A stretch of 64,000 nt of DNA from Vulcanimicrobiaceae bacterium (GTDB lineage Bacteria; Vulcanimicrobiota; Vulcanimicrobiia; Vulcanimicrobiales; Vulcanimicrobiaceae): contig JBHEMM010000002.1 of the NCBI GenBank assembly GCA_046262595.1, positions 28,404 to 92,403 of the forward strand, in the 5' to 3' direction. The notes below the pieces were generated by a model. The model worked only from the letters and a program-made list of their open reading frames with translations. It was not told the origin of the DNA and searched no databases. This document shows, piece after piece, positions 19,961 to 30,085 of the stretch. Within the stretch, counting starts at the first letter, position 1. The number at the start of each line of letters is the position of its first letter. The position numbers were made by a program, and so were the translations under genes.

Positions 19961-20359
19961 ATGCTTAAACGAATGTCCGCCGCCGCAATCGCCGCACTCC
20001 TGCTCACGGCCGGCGCGGCGTGGGCCTCACCAAAGACCATGACCGTAACGATGCGAGCCGAAAACAACAGCGGCGAAAAAGGCACCGCGCAGCTCATGCA
20101 GCTCCCCAATGGCGTGCAAGTGAAGATCGCATTGTCCGGCGCGCCCAAGACGGCGCAGCCCGCGCACATCCACGAAGGCACGTGTCAAAAACTCAATCCG
20201 GCGCCGAAAGTCATGCTGAACAGCATCGTCAACGGAAAATCCACGACGTTCGTGAAGGGTGCGAAACTGAGCGACTGGACGGCCCGCGCATACGCCATCA
20301 ACGTGCACCGGAGCACGAGCGCGCTGCAAGTGTACGTTTCTTGCGGAGCGGTTAAGTAG
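19961..20359 (+). CDS. Small secreted protein (CHRD / Cu-Zn SOD-like fold suspected)
   Basis: Signal peptide, QPAHIHEGTC, INVH, VSCG; AAAGGA RBS. Confidence 0.55.
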   Translation: MLKRMSAAAIAALLLTAGAAWASPKTMTVTMRAENNSGEKGTAQLMQLPNGVQVKIALSGAPKTAQPAHIHEGTCQKLNPAPKVMLNSIVNGKSTTFVKGAKLSDWTARAYAINVHRSTSALQVYVSCGAVK

Positions 20360-20366
20360 CGCCGTC

Positions 20367-20972
20367 ATGCGGCAGCACATGGAAACGCGGGTCGCCGTTT
20401 CACGATTCGGCGAACCGGCGCAAGCCGATCTTCCCGCGGACATTCGCGAAGTTTATGAGAAGAACCAAGAAAAGATCGGTTTCGTTCCCAATGTGTTTCG
20501 CGCGTACGCCAAAAGGCCGGAGCATTTCCGCGCCTTTCTGGCGTACCACGACGTCTTGATGAAGGGGCAGTCCAACCTCACGCGCGCCGAACGCGAAGCG
20601 ATCGTCGTCGCCGTATCCTCGGAAAACCGCTGCCAATACTGCATGGTCGCACACGGCGCCGCGCTGCGCGTCCTCAGCAAAGATCCAATGCTTGCCGAAC
20701 AGATCGCCAACAATTGGCGCACAGCCGACCTTCCGCCGCGCCTGCGCGCGATGCTGGCGTTTGCCTCCCGCGTGAACGAACAGGGCTTCGCCGCCACCGA
20801 ACACGAGATCGACGCGCTGCATTTGGCGGGGTTCGGCAACGACGATATTTGGGATATCGCCGCAATCGCCGGATTCTTCGGTTTCTCGAACCGCATGGCG
20901 GGCGTCATGGACATGCGGCCCAATGCGGAGTTCTATACGATGGGCCGCGCGCGCGAACCGGCGCCCGAATAG
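20367..20972 (+). CDS. Peroxidase-related AhpD/carboxymuconolactone decarboxylase family protein
   Basis: GFVPNVF, EREAIVVAVSSENRCQYCMVAH, FSNRMA..PN.EFY. Confidence 0.88.
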   Translation: MRQHMETRVAVSRFGEPAQADLPADIREVYEKNQEKIGFVPNVFRAYAKRPEHFRAFLAYHDVLMKGQSNLTRAEREAIVVAVSSENRCQYCMVAHGAALRVLSKDPMLAEQIANNWRTADLPPRLRAMLAFASRVNEQGFAATEHEIDALHLAGFGNDDIWDIAAIAGFFGFSNRMAGVMDMRPNAEFYTMGRAREPAPE

Positions 20973-21005
20973 TCACGCGCGAGCGCCGCGAACCGTTCCG
21001 GCTGT

Positions 21006-21173
21006 ATGGACGGCGAATTTGCGGAGATCAACGTCACCCCGTTTGCCGACGTTTTGCTGGTACTGCTCGTCATCTTCATGATTCTGGCCGCGCTGGTTGT
21101 GGGCCGCGATTCGAACGCAAACTGCCCTGCAACTGCGTTGAACCCGCGCCGCCCACCTCGCAAACCGCGATAA
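21006..21173 (+). CDS. ExbD/TolR-like mini-protein (TM segment only) or gene remnant, 55 aa
   Basis: Hand translation gives MDGEFAEINVTPFADVLLVLLVIFMILAALVVGRDS..., matching the ExbD/TolR INxTPxxDVxLVLLxIFM signature. Not in the ORF track. Confidence 0.7.
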   Translation: MDGEFAEINVTPFADVLLVLLVIFMILAALVVGRDSNANCPATALNPRRPPRKPR

Positions 21174-21196
21174 CGACGGATTGGTCGTGCGCGTAC

Positions 21197-22405
21197 TCAC
21201 GCTCGTGACGCAGTAGCTGCCCGCATGCGCGCGATTGCGATATTGGCCGCCATCGCAATCCAGGCGACCGCGCCGAAGACCGCACCGCGCGCCGCGACGC
21301 TTGGATTGCCTTGGACGAGCGCGGCGGCGACGATAGCGACCGCCATTTGAAACGCGGCCCACGAATACCACGATAGCCTCGTTTCCAGCAAAGCGCCCGG
21401 CGGCGTTTCATCCTGGGCACCGCGATAAACGGTTGCGAGCAGACGGATGCCGATGTGGTACACGTGCGCGTTGACCATCTGGCCCGCCCACCCCATGAGC
21501 AGCACGAAGACATAAGCGCGCTGCCACGGTTCTCCCGCAAGCACGCCGCACCCGAGTCCCAGCGCGAGCAGCAGCCACAGCACGCTTGCAGCGATAAACG
21601 CCTGCGGAGGACGATGCGGATTGGCGGCGCGGCGAAGAATATCGAACGTGTCGAATGCGTAAACGAGCGCTGCGGCGGCGAACAGCGCGCCGCCGGCCCA
21701 CGACACGCCTGCTGCAAGCAGCAGCGCGCCGAGCAAACCGCAGACGCCCGCAATAATGTGGACCCAGCGAAAACGCGTCCCCGACGAACCGCTCATCGGT
21801 TTGAAGGTACGCATCGAGACGCCGAAGATCAGCAGCGTGAGCCATCCGATCGTTCCCAAATGGGCGTGCGCGCGCGCGAGGCCGCCCACCCACACCGGCA
21901 CGCGCGCACCGGCCAGCATCCAGGCAAGCCCGAAGCCGGCCAGCGCCGCCGCGAACAAGAATGCGAACGTTCCGCCGAACGCGCGTGCAACGGCGCGCTG
22001 CACCGGTTCGCCGCGCAACGCGCCGCCTATGGTTGCGAACGCACCGGTCAAGTAACCGAGCAGCGCGATGAGAATGATGCTCGCAGCGGCGCCCAGCAGC
22101 GCCGGGTTCCATAAAAATGCGGCGATAAGCCCGGCGACGCCTGCGGCAAAGAATGTGATGCACCAGCGTGCGAACGATTGGCCGCGCCACGGCGTGTCGA
22201 TGAAGTTCGGCAGCGCATGCAGCAGAATCGCGAGCGCTGCGGTCGTGATCCACGCCAGCGCGACCGTGTGTATCCACGCAAACGCGAAAAGCGGATTCGT
22301 AAAATTACCCGTCCACGCCGCAGCGAAGACCAGCCCCCACGAGAAGCCGTGCGCCAGCTGCGCGAAGAGCAGCGCGAGCGGCGGAATCCAGTGGCGCTTC
22401 AACAC
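21197..22405 (-). CDS. Polytopic membrane protein with His-bearing helices (NnrS / heme-copper oxidase subunit I-like)
   Basis: About 12 hydrophobic segments; WIHTVALAW, AHAHLGTIGW, LLMGW repeats. Confidence 0.55.
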   Translation of the reverse strand: MLKRHWIPPLALLFAQLAHGFSWGLVFAAAWTGNFTNPLFAFAWIHTVALAWITTAALAILLHALPNFIDTPWRGQSFARWCITFFAAGVAGLIAAFLWNPALLGAAASIILIALLGYLTGAFATIGGALRGEPVQRAVARAFGGTFAFLFAAALAGFGLAWMLAGARVPVWVGGLARAHAHLGTIGWLTLLIFGVSMRTFKPMSGSSGTRFRWVHIIAGVCGLLGALLLAAGVSWAGGALFAAAALVYAFDTFDILRRAANPHRPPQAFIAASVLWLLLALGLGCGVLAGEPWQRAYVFVLLMGWAGQMVNAHVYHIGIRLLATVYRGAQDETPPGALLETRLSWYSWAAFQMAVAIVAAALVQGNPSVAARGAVFGAVAWIAMAANIAIARMRAATASRA

Positions 22406-22421
22406 GGAACGCGCAGGTACG

Positions 22422-23402
22422 CTATGAAACGAGCTCGGCGAAACGCGCTGTATCGACGTTACCGCCGCTAATGACGATGCCCACCGCTTTTCCGGCGGCC
22501 GGTACCGCGCCCGACATGAGCGCCGCGAGTGCGGCGGCGCCGCTGGGCTCGATGACGATTTTCATGCGTTCCATCGCAAATCGCATCGCGTAACGCAGTT
22601 GATCGTCGCTCACCGTAACCACGTCTTGGACGTGTTCGCGCATCAACGGAAAGGTGAGCGCTCCGGGCGCTTGCGTCTGCAAGCCGTCGGCAATGGTGAC
22701 CGGTACGTCAATGTGCACGATCTCGCCCGAGCGCAGCGATCGCTGTACGTCGTTACCGGCCTGGGGTTCGACACCGTAAAGCGCGATTGCCGGGTTCAAA
22801 CCGTGCGCCGCCACTGCGCTTCCCGAGATGAGTCCGCCGCCGCCCACGGGCGTGAGCAGCATATCCGTCTGCGGAACGTCCTCAAGCAACTCAAGGGCGG
22901 CGGTTCCGGCACCGGCAATGATCTGCGGGTCGTCGAAGGGCGGTACGAGCGTGGCACCTCGCTGAGCGCACAGGTTTTGCGCGATTTCCGCGCGGTGCGA
23001 GCGGTGACGATCGTAGAAGATCACCTCGGCGCCATAGCCTTTCGTCGCCGCGGCTTTCGAGGCCGGCGCATCGGCGGGCATGACGATAACCGCCGGAACG
23101 CCCAGCAGCCGGCACGCCAGCGCAACACCTTGCGCGTGGTTGCCGCTCGAAAAAGCGACGACGCCGCCGCGCCGCTCTTGGGCGCTGAACTGCACGATGC
23201 GATTGTATGCGCCGCGAAATTTGAAAGCGCCCATGCGCTGAAAGTTTTCGCATTTTAGGTACACGCGCGCGCCGGTCTGCTCGTCGAGTGTGCGTGAGGT
23301 CATTACCGGCGTGCGGTTTGCGACGCCGCGCAGCCGCGCCGCAGCGGCGCGGACGTCCTGCAGCGTTACGAGTTGCTGGCCGCAGGCGCTGCGTGTATCC
23401 AC
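22422..23402 (-). CDS. PLP-dependent Ser/Thr dehydratase / serine racemase-like ammonia-lyase (no ACT domain)
   Basis: LKCENFQRMGAFKFRGA, SSGNHAQG, PVGGGGLISG, EPSGA, SGGNVD. Start may be nearer 23369. Confidence 0.9.
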   Translation of the reverse strand: MDTRSACGQQLVTLQDVRAAAARLRGVANRTPVMTSRTLDEQTGARVYLKCENFQRMGAFKFRGAYNRIVQFSAQERRGGVVAFSSGNHAQGVALACRLLGVPAVIVMPADAPASKAAATKGYGAEVIFYDRHRSHRAEIAQNLCAQRGATLVPPFDDPQIIAGAGTAALELLEDVPQTDMLLTPVGGGGLISGSAVAAHGLNPAIALYGVEPQAGNDVQRSLRSGEIVHIDVPVTIADGLQTQAPGALTFPLMREHVQDVVTVSDDQLRYAMRFAMERMKIVIEPSGAAALAALMSGAVPAAGKAVGIVISGGNVDTARFAELVS

Positions 23403-23743
23403 CAGTATTGTACCTTTCCGTCGCTGCCGGTCTTCATCACTTCATGGTACGTGCTTTTCTCGAACGTCACGTCGAAACAGTCGTAGCCGGTCTTATCGCA
23501 CCACGCCGCGGTCGTCTGCTTAAGGCCCTTGTATTTCCCCTGCGCGTTGAGTTCGTCGGAAAGCTCGGCCACGCGTATGCGCGTGATCTCGCCTTTGATC
23601 GACGGGTCGAGGTCGCCCATGACCGGCTGCATGTCGTTCGCGATAACCGCTCGGGTAATCTTGTCGGCCTCGTGCTCCGCGCGGTTTCCCGCACAGCTTG
23701 CAAGGCTAAGTGCTGCCAGCGCCAGCGCCGATATTCGTTTCAT
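23366..23743 (-). CDS. Hypothetical lipoprotein
   Basis: [17 protein letters not shown] lipobox. Confidence 0.65.
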   Translation of the reverse strand: MKRISALALAALSLASCAGNRAEHEADKITRAVIANDMQPVMGDLDPSIKGEITRIRVAELSDELNAQGKYKGLKQTTAAWCDKTGYDCFDVTFEKSTYHEVMKTGSDGKVQYWWIHAAPAASNS

Positions 23744-25331
23744 CGCTTTGCCCTTCATCCAAGTTCGTGAACTCTACAAACCGCAAGGCGGAATTCCATT
23801 CCTGCGCGAGACGCAAGCTCCACTCCGATTCGAACAGCGCGACCGGCTGCCCGTCCCAATCCTCGACGAGTTTTGCGTTCGAGGGAAACTGAGCGCGCGC
23901 GATCGTTTGTTCCTCGCCTGCGACGCGCCGCGCCAGACTGTACGGCATTGCGGAAAACTGCGTTTTGACGTTGTACTCGGACTCCAAACGGTATTTCACC
24001 ACCTCAAACTGCAGGGCGCCCACCGCAGCGAGAACCGGTTCGGTGCGCATTGAGCCGAACGGATACATCACTTGAATGGCCCCCTCTTCGCGCAGCTGAG
24101 CGATGCCCTTCCCGAACGATTTGTATGCCGATGTGTCGATACTGCGGACGGATGCAAAATGTTCCGGGGCGAACGCGGGAACGCGTTCGAAACGAACCTT
24201 CTGCCCTTGGCTGACCGTATCGCCGATGGCAAAGACGCCGGGGTTGGCCAGGCCGACCACGTCGCCGGCGTATGCGGCATCCAGCGACTCGCGTTCGCTC
24301 GCAAAAAGACGCATCGCGCGCGAGAGGCGCACTTCTTTGCCGGTACGCGCGTTGCGCACAGTCATGTCTCGCTCGAACTTACCCGAACAGACGCGCAAAA
24401 AGGCTACGCGGTCTCGATGGCGCGGATCCATGTTGGCTTGGATTTTGAAAACGAAACCGGAAAATTCGGGCGAGGTCGGCAGCACGCCGCCGCGCGGCTG
24501 CGGAGGCGGGCTCAATGCGGTAAAGCTGTCTAAAAACAACTGCACGCCGAAGTTGGTCACGGCGCTGCCGAAAAACACCGGCGAGACGTCACCGCGCAGC
24601 ATCGCCGCGCGGTCGAATCCGGCGCCGGCGCCTTCGAGCAGTTCCAAACCGTCGCGGAACTGCGCATATGAATGATCGTCAAGCAGCGCTTTAATCTGCG
24701 GATCGTCGATATCGGCAACTTTCACGTTCGCGCGCTTGGAACCGTGCGCGCTGCGCTCGAAAAGGTGCACGTCCCTGGTCTGCCGGTCGTAAACGCCGGC
24801 AAAAGACGGACCGCTCCCCAACGGCCAGTTCATCGGAAACGCGCCGATGCCCAGAACGCTCTCCAATTCGTCGAGCAATTCAAGCGGATCGCGGCTGGGC
24901 CGATCCATTTTGTTGATGAACGTAAAGAGCGGAATGCGCCGCGCGCGGCAGATCGCGAACAGCTTTTTGGTTTGCGGCTCGACGCCTTTGGCGGCATCGA
25001 TCAGCATGACGGCGCTGTCCGCCGCCAGGAGCGTGCGGTACGTGTCCTCGCCGAAGTCTTGGTGACCCGGCGTGTCGAGCAGATTGATCGTGTAGCCTTC
25101 GTATGGAAACTGCAGAACGGTGGAGGTGATTGAGATGCCGCGCTGCTTCTCAAGTTCCATCCAGTCGCTCGTTGCGGCGCGCTGCGCCCGGCGCGCGGAG
25201 ACTTGCCCGGCCGTTTGAATCGCGCCGCCGTAGAGCAGCAGTTTTTCGGTCAACGTCGTCTTACCGGCGTCCGGATGCGAGATAATCGCGAACGTGCGCC
25301 GCCGCTCGACCTCTTCGTCGATCGTGCTCAT
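23706..25331 (-). CDS. prfC: Peptide chain release factor 3
   Basis: [45 protein letters not shown]. Confidence 0.96.
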   Translation of the reverse strand: MSTIDEEVERRRTFAIISHPDAGKTTLTEKLLLYGGAIQTAGQVSARRAQRAATSDWMELEKQRGISITSTVLQFPYEGYTINLLDTPGHQDFGEDTYRTLLAADSAVMLIDAAKGVEPQTKKLFAICRARRIPLFTFINKMDRPSRDPLELLDELESVLGIGAFPMNWPLGSGPSFAGVYDRQTRDVHLFERSAHGSKRANVKVADIDDPQIKALLDDHSYAQFRDGLELLEGAGAGFDRAAMLRGDVSPVFFGSAVTNFGVQLFLDSFTALSPPPQPRGGVLPTSPEFSGFVFKIQANMDPRHRDRVAFLRVCSGKFERDMTVRNARTGKEVRLSRAMRLFASERESLDAAYAGDVVGLANPGVFAIGDTVSQGQKVRFERVPAFAPEHFASVRSIDTSAYKSFGKGIAQLREEGAIQVMYPFGSMRTEPVLAAVGALQFEVVKYRLESEYNVKTQFSAMPYSLARRVAGEEQTIARAQFPSNAKLVEDWDGQPVALFESEWSLRLAQEWNSALRFVEFTNLDEGQSDETNIGAGAGST

Positions 25332-25789
25332 GGCCGCACGAGCGGCGCCTGCGCGGTATAGACACGCAGTTCGTATCCGCCCGCATCGCTTCGCAACACC
25401 GCCGTCTGGCCGGGCCCGTCATACAAACGCGCAGGCGGCGGAATGCGCAGATGGTCGGCGCCGCGGTGCACAAAGATCGCATCGCCCGCCACGCGCAGCG
25501 CGCAATCCGCAACCTTCAGGCGCGCGCCGTCCCGTTCCATCGCCAGACCTGCGGGGAGGTGCGCGAGCACATACGGCGGCGGCCCGGTCGTTTTGGCGAC
25601 CTGAGTGAAACATTCGGGCAGCGCCGAAAGCGCCCATGGTGCATCGCCGGCGACATTCGTGTGCGGGCGCGGCAGCGGCCGGTGTGTCTGCGACGCTTTT
25701 GGCGGCACGCTCGCATAAACCGAGGCAATCTTCAAACGGATGCGATCGCGGTTCACCCATCCCGCGGCGGCAACGAACGCGAACAGCAC
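25328..25789 (-). CDS. Hypothetical membrane-anchored protein
   Basis: Fills the operon gap and has an ATGA overlap with prfC. The frame extends upstream ([15 protein letters not shown]), so the start may be near 25831. Confidence 0.55.
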   Translation of the reverse strand: MLFAFVAAAGWVNRDRIRLKIASVYASVPPKASQTHRPLPRPHTNVAGDAPWALSALPECFTQVAKTTGPPPYVLAHLPAGLAMERDGARLKVADCALRVAGDAIFVHRGADHLRIPPPARLYDGPGQTAVLRSDAGGYELRVYTAQAPLVRP

Positions 25790-25814
25790 GATTGCGGCCG
25801 CCGGCGGAATGTAC

Positions 25815-26927
25815 TTAAGCAGCGCTTTCAGCCGCTTCCGTGAGCTGCTCGGGATCGCCCAGCGTCAAACGCGCGGCGCCGATCGACCAGTCCGCCATGC
25901 CGTAGTAAAAGTCGAACGTGCGCGCGCCGAGGTCGGGACGCGGATCGATCGCCGTCGGGAAAACCACGTTATCCACGATGCCGCGCCGTTCGCGGTCGCC
26001 TTCGGGCGCGAGCACGGGCTCAGGCGAACGATAGATCACTTCGTGCGGCCGCTCGAAGTCGTGAATCATGATGCCGGCGCTGTAACGCATCTTGGGTTTG
26101 GTGCCGGTGGCGTCGAGCACGTCGACCGCGTGAAAGAGCGACATCCATCCCTCGGCGATGTGCACCGGAGGCGTGCCGGCGCCGATCTTAAGCGATCCCC
26201 ATTGCGCGTCCGGCGACATCACCAGGGTGCTCTCGTGCACGTCGAGCAGTTTGCCGATGTCGGCAAGCACCGGCTCGAACGGAACGTATCCCATACGGAT
26301 CGACTCGCGATCGCCGAACGGCATGCGTTCGATCATTGGAATGGCGGCGCGTCCGTCGACGGCGGAGAGATGCAGCATCGGGCGGTGATAGAACGCGAGC
26401 GACTTCACGCCTTCCGGCGAGATGACGGGTTCGGGAAAAAACGCGGCATCCTTATCGTCGCCGATGTGCATGCCCGGCTTATCGAAATGCATCAAACCCA
26501 AACGCTTCCACGTGAATGCATCGCCAGAAACCGCCAGCGCGATGCGCGGGCCTTGCGGTCCGAACGCGGTGTACGCCATCACGTAAGCGTCAATGGCGGC
26601 GATGAAGGTGACGCGCGGATCCTCGCATCCGTAACCGGGGTTGGCGCGCACTTCGTATTCCGCGTGCGGTTCGAGCGCGAAGCCGTCGCGTTCGAAGACG
26701 AAACGGTCGCGCTCCGGCTTGCCTTTGACTAACCCGACGCGCGAAATATTGCCTTTCGCCACATCACGCGGGTACAGCAGCAGTTCGTTTCGCCGCGTGC
26801 GCGCGGAGGCCGGATTAAGCGTGCCTTCCGCATCGGACGGGTCGCCGCCCGGTTCGAGCGCAAGCTGAAGCCGCTCGACGTTCGCTTGGAACGCGCCAGC
26901 GCGCTCGGCAGACGTCATGCGGTGCAT
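25815..26927 (-). CDS. GH130-like glycosidase/phosphorylase (five-bladed propeller)
   Basis: LNP, GCEDPRV, DKDAAFFPE, YHRP, KIGAGTPP, NVVFPT, YYGMAD. Confidence 0.82.
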   Translation of the reverse strand: MHRMTSAERAGAFQANVERLQLALEPGGDPSDAEGTLNPASARTRRNELLLYPRDVAKGNISRVGLVKGKPERDRFVFERDGFALEPHAEYEVRANPGYGCEDPRVTFIAAIDAYVMAYTAFGPQGPRIALAVSGDAFTWKRLGLMHFDKPGMHIGDDKDAAFFPEPVISPEGVKSLAFYHRPMLHLSAVDGRAAIPMIERMPFGDRESIRMGYVPFEPVLADIGKLLDVHESTLVMSPDAQWGSLKIGAGTPPVHIAEGWMSLFHAVDVLDATGTKPKMRYSAGIMIHDFERPHEVIYRSPEPVLAPEGDRERRGIVDNVVFPTAIDPRPDLGARTFDFYYGMADWSIGAARLTLGDPEQLTEAAESAA

Positions 26928-27895
26928 TTTCCCAAAGCAGTAACGATCTCGTGCGGCAAACGCGCGGCTTGCGCCGCAAAAGCGTCGAGGTCGGTCGAGA
27001 GATCGATCACGCGCACAAATGCGCGCTCTTGATCGACGCGCGCTGCGCGAACGGTTATATACTGCATGCCAACCGATAAAATATCGTCCGTGCGCTCAAG
27101 AGTCTTAGGCAGGCCGTCAGCATACCCGCACCGGGCCGTCGCTATACGCTCCGTCATCGAGAGCATGGTACCCCCATATCCCAGTCTCGTCCCTGCCGCC
27201 AGCTCCTCGATGCGCACGACCGGCGCGCTGACGCGCAGCGCACAGCGCACGCCGGGCACACGCGCGCCGCCCGTTGCTCCGAACAGACCGATGCCCACAC
27301 GCACGGCTGAACCCGCGCGACAGCCGGCGGCCAGCGGAAATGTGCTCGCGACATCCGTTCCGGCGATGTGCACGCGCGCGGTGCGCAGCATGGCTTCGAC
27401 CGCTTGAAATGCCGTCAGCTGCTCTGCAGCCGCCGCAGGTTCGGTAAGATGCGTCCAGAGACTGACCGCCGCGCCGCTGTGGGCCAGAACCGGCGCCAGC
27501 GCCTCCAACTCCCGCCGCGAAAAACCGCTCCACGCCGCAGCGGGCCGCACGCCTAAACGCACGCTGCCGGCTTGCATCGCAGCGGCAACGTCGGCGGCAT
27601 GCTCGAGCGATGCCGTCGCGTTCGATTGCTTGAGTTCCGGGAAGTCGCCCGCGGCAACGCCGCTCATGACGATTGCGCGTTTCGCCGTATGCGCGCGAAG
27701 TTCGCGCAGCTCTTCCATGTCGCTCACGCAAAACGCATCAGCGAACGGTTCCACAACCGGGACGACGCGCTCAAGTCCCCAACCGTACGCGCGCGCTTTC
27801 ACAACGGCGTACAATTGCGCCGGCGCGCAGAACGTGCGCCACGCGCGCGCGTTTGCGGCGAGCGTTTCGCCGTCCAGTGCAATCAGCGGCTGCAT
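26915..27895 (-). CDS. Divergent alanine racemase-like PLP enzyme
   Basis: AVVKARAYG (PLP Lys), VRVGIGLFG, LGYGG, GYADG. Shorter than typical Alr. TGATG overlap at the start. Confidence 0.75.
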   Translation of the reverse strand: MQPLIALDGETLAANARAWRTFCAPAQLYAVVKARAYGWGLERVVPVVEPFADAFCVSDMEELRELRAHTAKRAIVMSGVAAGDFPELKQSNATASLEHAADVAAAMQAGSVRLGVRPAAAWSGFSRRELEALAPVLAHSGAAVSLWTHLTEPAAAAEQLTAFQAVEAMLRTARVHIAGTDVASTFPLAAGCRAGSAVRVGIGLFGATGGARVPGVRCALRVSAPVVRIEELAAGTRLGYGGTMLSMTERIATARCGYADGLPKTLERTDDILSVGMQYITVRAARVDQERAFVRVIDLSTDLDAFAAQAARLPHEIVTALGKCTA

Positions 27896-28353
27896 CAGGG
27901 CAGCGTCGTTGCGGCGATGGGTTGCCCGGAAGGCGTGACGACTTGCACGCGCACGCCGCGGCGGTACACGGAGTTCGGCACGATCCACAAGGTGTAGGTG
28001 CGGTACTTTTGCGACGGTTCGCCGCCGTCGCCGGGCGCCGCCTCAAACGCAACGACTCGCACGCCGTTCGGATTCGCGCGGATGGATTCAATGATCTGCT
28101 TGTAGCCGCTGCGCTCGTGCGGGCCCATAAGCAAAATGACGCCGAACTCTTTGCGGAAACGGACCGGCGCACGCACGCCGAAATGCTCGAGCGCCGGCGC
28201 ATCGCGCACGACGGCAATTTCGCTTCCGGAACCGGTAACGGGCGTCGTGCCCGCCGATAGGGTCCGCACGCGCACGTCCCGGCACCCGGCGAGCAAGACC
28301 AGGGCAAGCAGGGGCCAAAGGCGCTTCACGAGCTGGGCGTTCGCAGTTGTCAC
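27895..28353 (-). CDS. Hypothetical lipoprotein (PrcB C-terminal-like)
   Basis: Lipobox LLAGC; MG...SGY..IESI pattern. Confidence 0.55.
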   Translation of the reverse strand: MTTANAQLVKRLWPLLALVLLAGCRDVRVRTLSAGTTPVTGSGSEIAVVRDAPALEHFGVRAPVRFRKEFGVILLMGPHERSGYKQIIESIRANPNGVRVVAFEAAPGDGGEPSQKYRTYTLWIVPNSVYRRGVRVQVVTPSGQPIAATTLP

Positions 28354-28384
28354 GCGGTGCCCTCCGGGTGCATTCTATAAGGAC

Positions 28385-29128
28385 ATGATCATCGGACCGC
28401 TCGTGCTCGCCGCCGCGCTGGCAGCCGCTTCGCCCACGCCGCAGCCCTCGCCGGCGCCGGCGTTGAAAACAATCGCCACCGTGCGTTCCAGCTCGCGCTG
28501 CGCCGAGATCATCACGCACGCGAACAGCGCCATCGGGACGACACTCGCCAACGACCTGCTCGTCGGCCGCACGATTGCCGCGCTTCGCTACACGAACTTG
28601 GATGACGGCAATCCGATCCACCGGCGCAACGGTTTAAATGCGCTCGGCGACATGGCGAAAACGCTCACGCAGCAAGCACGATCGGGTGACGACGAAGTCA
28701 AACGGTTACGCAAACTTTCCGGGCAGACCAAAGACGCCGCGCAGGCCAAAGAATTGAAAGACTTTGCCGACGAGCTCGGCGGAGCGCTGTGGCGCCAGCA
28801 AAAGATCGCGCGCGACGTAAACGGGCTTTTGGCATACGAAGACATGAAGGACATGGCGGCGCTCGGAGAGTCCGACCGCAACATCAACATCGCGACGGTC
28901 GGCGTCGCCGATCCGCAATCCGAACTTCCGCGCGACTTCGCTGCGCGCGATGCGGCGGGACGCTTCTACGATCCGTTCCCGGCAGGCATCGGGCACGATC
29001 CCAACGATCCGACCGCCACGCAGTACGCCAAGGCCGCCGCCGACGATTTCGCGGGCCGCATTCACGACATCATCCACGACGAGACGCAAGCGGCCGGGCA
29101 TATCGACGGCGCCGTGCAAAACTGCTGA
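28385..29128 (+). CDS. Hypothetical secreted protein
   Basis: AAGGAC RBS, signal peptide, PSPAPALKTIATVRS linker, helical body. Confidence 0.65.
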   Translation: MIIGPLVLAAALAAASPTPQPSPAPALKTIATVRSSSRCAEIITHANSAIGTTLANDLLVGRTIAALRYTNLDDGNPIHRRNGLNALGDMAKTLTQQARSGDDEVKRLRKLSGQTKDAAQAKELKDFADELGGALWRQQKIARDVNGLLAYEDMKDMAALGESDRNINIATVGVADPQSELPRDFAARDAAGRFYDPFPAGIGHDPNDPTATQYAKAAADDFAGRIHDIIHDETQAAGHIDGAVQNC

Positions 29129-29188
29129 CGGCCGCCAGCCGACAAAATCATTGTCCGCGCTGCGCCGCGGCCGTACACTTGAAACCTA

Positions 29189-30085
29189 GTGAAAACCCTT
29201 GGCCGCCTAAGCCTGGCCGCGGTCTGCGCGGCGTATGCCGAGGTGTTGCTCGGTAGTTGGACCCGCATCAACGGCGCCGGCATGACGTGCCCGGATTATC
29301 CGCTATGCCGGGGGGCCGTCATTCCGCAAATGGGCGGCGGGACCGTGTGGGAGTGGACCCACCGCCTGCTCGCTGGCATCCTCTCGCTGCTCGTGCTGGC
29401 CGTCCTCGGCCAGGCCTGGCGCCTGCGCGCAGGGGTGCGCTTTGCCGTCCCCGCCGGCGCCGTTATTGCCGTGCTCTTCGGCTTTCAAGTGTTTCTGGGC
29501 GCCGCCACCGTCCATCTTTCGAACAGCCCGGCATCCGTCGTCTGGCATTGGGGCACCGCGATGGCGTTTGTTGCCTCGCTCTGCGTGATGGCGATCCTCG
29601 CTTTCGGCGCGGCGACGCGCACGCGTACGCCGCGGCCGGACGGGCTGCTGCGGACCGTTCTCGCGATCAGCGCGATGATTGCATTTCTCACGATGTGCGT
29701 CGGCGCGTATGTGAGCTCGAGCGGTGCAGGGCTTGCCTGCATCGATATTCCGGGATGCGCGGGGCGCGTCGTGGTATATACGCCGGGCCAGTATGTGCAG
29801 ATGCTTCATCGTTTCATTGCAGCGGCTTGCCTTTTGAGCGCGAGCGTTGCGTTCGCGCTGGCATGGGCGCACGGCATCAGCACACGCCTGCGCCTCGCGA
29901 CAACGCTCGCGTTCGTGCTCGTCCTCGTGCAAGTGCTCCTCGGGCTGCTCAACGTCGCGCTGCGCTTGCCCGTCGATCTGCGCGAAGCGCATGCGGCGAA
30001 CGCGGCGCTCGTTTTCCTCGCGTTCGTCTGCGCCACCGCGTTCGCCGTGCTCGAGAATCAACGTGAATACATTCGCGCCCGCTGA
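29189..30085 (+). CDS. ctaA: Heme A synthase (CtaA/COX15)
   Basis: GMTCPDYPLC, EWTHR, GLAC..PGC, QMLHR, EAH motifs; next to ctaB and the oxidase operon. Confidence 0.88.
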   Translation: MKTLGRLSLAAVCAAYAEVLLGSWTRINGAGMTCPDYPLCRGAVIPQMGGGTVWEWTHRLLAGILSLLVLAVLGQAWRLRAGVRFAVPAGAVIAVLFGFQVFLGAATVHLSNSPASVVWHWGTAMAFVASLCVMAILAFGAATRTRTPRPDGLLRTVLAISAMIAFLTMCVGAYVSSSGAGLACIDIPGCAGRVVVYTPGQYVQMLHRFIAAACLLSASVAFALAWAHGISTRLRLATTLAFVLVLVQVLLGLLNVALRLPVDLREAHAANAALVFLAFVCATAFAVLENQREYIRAR

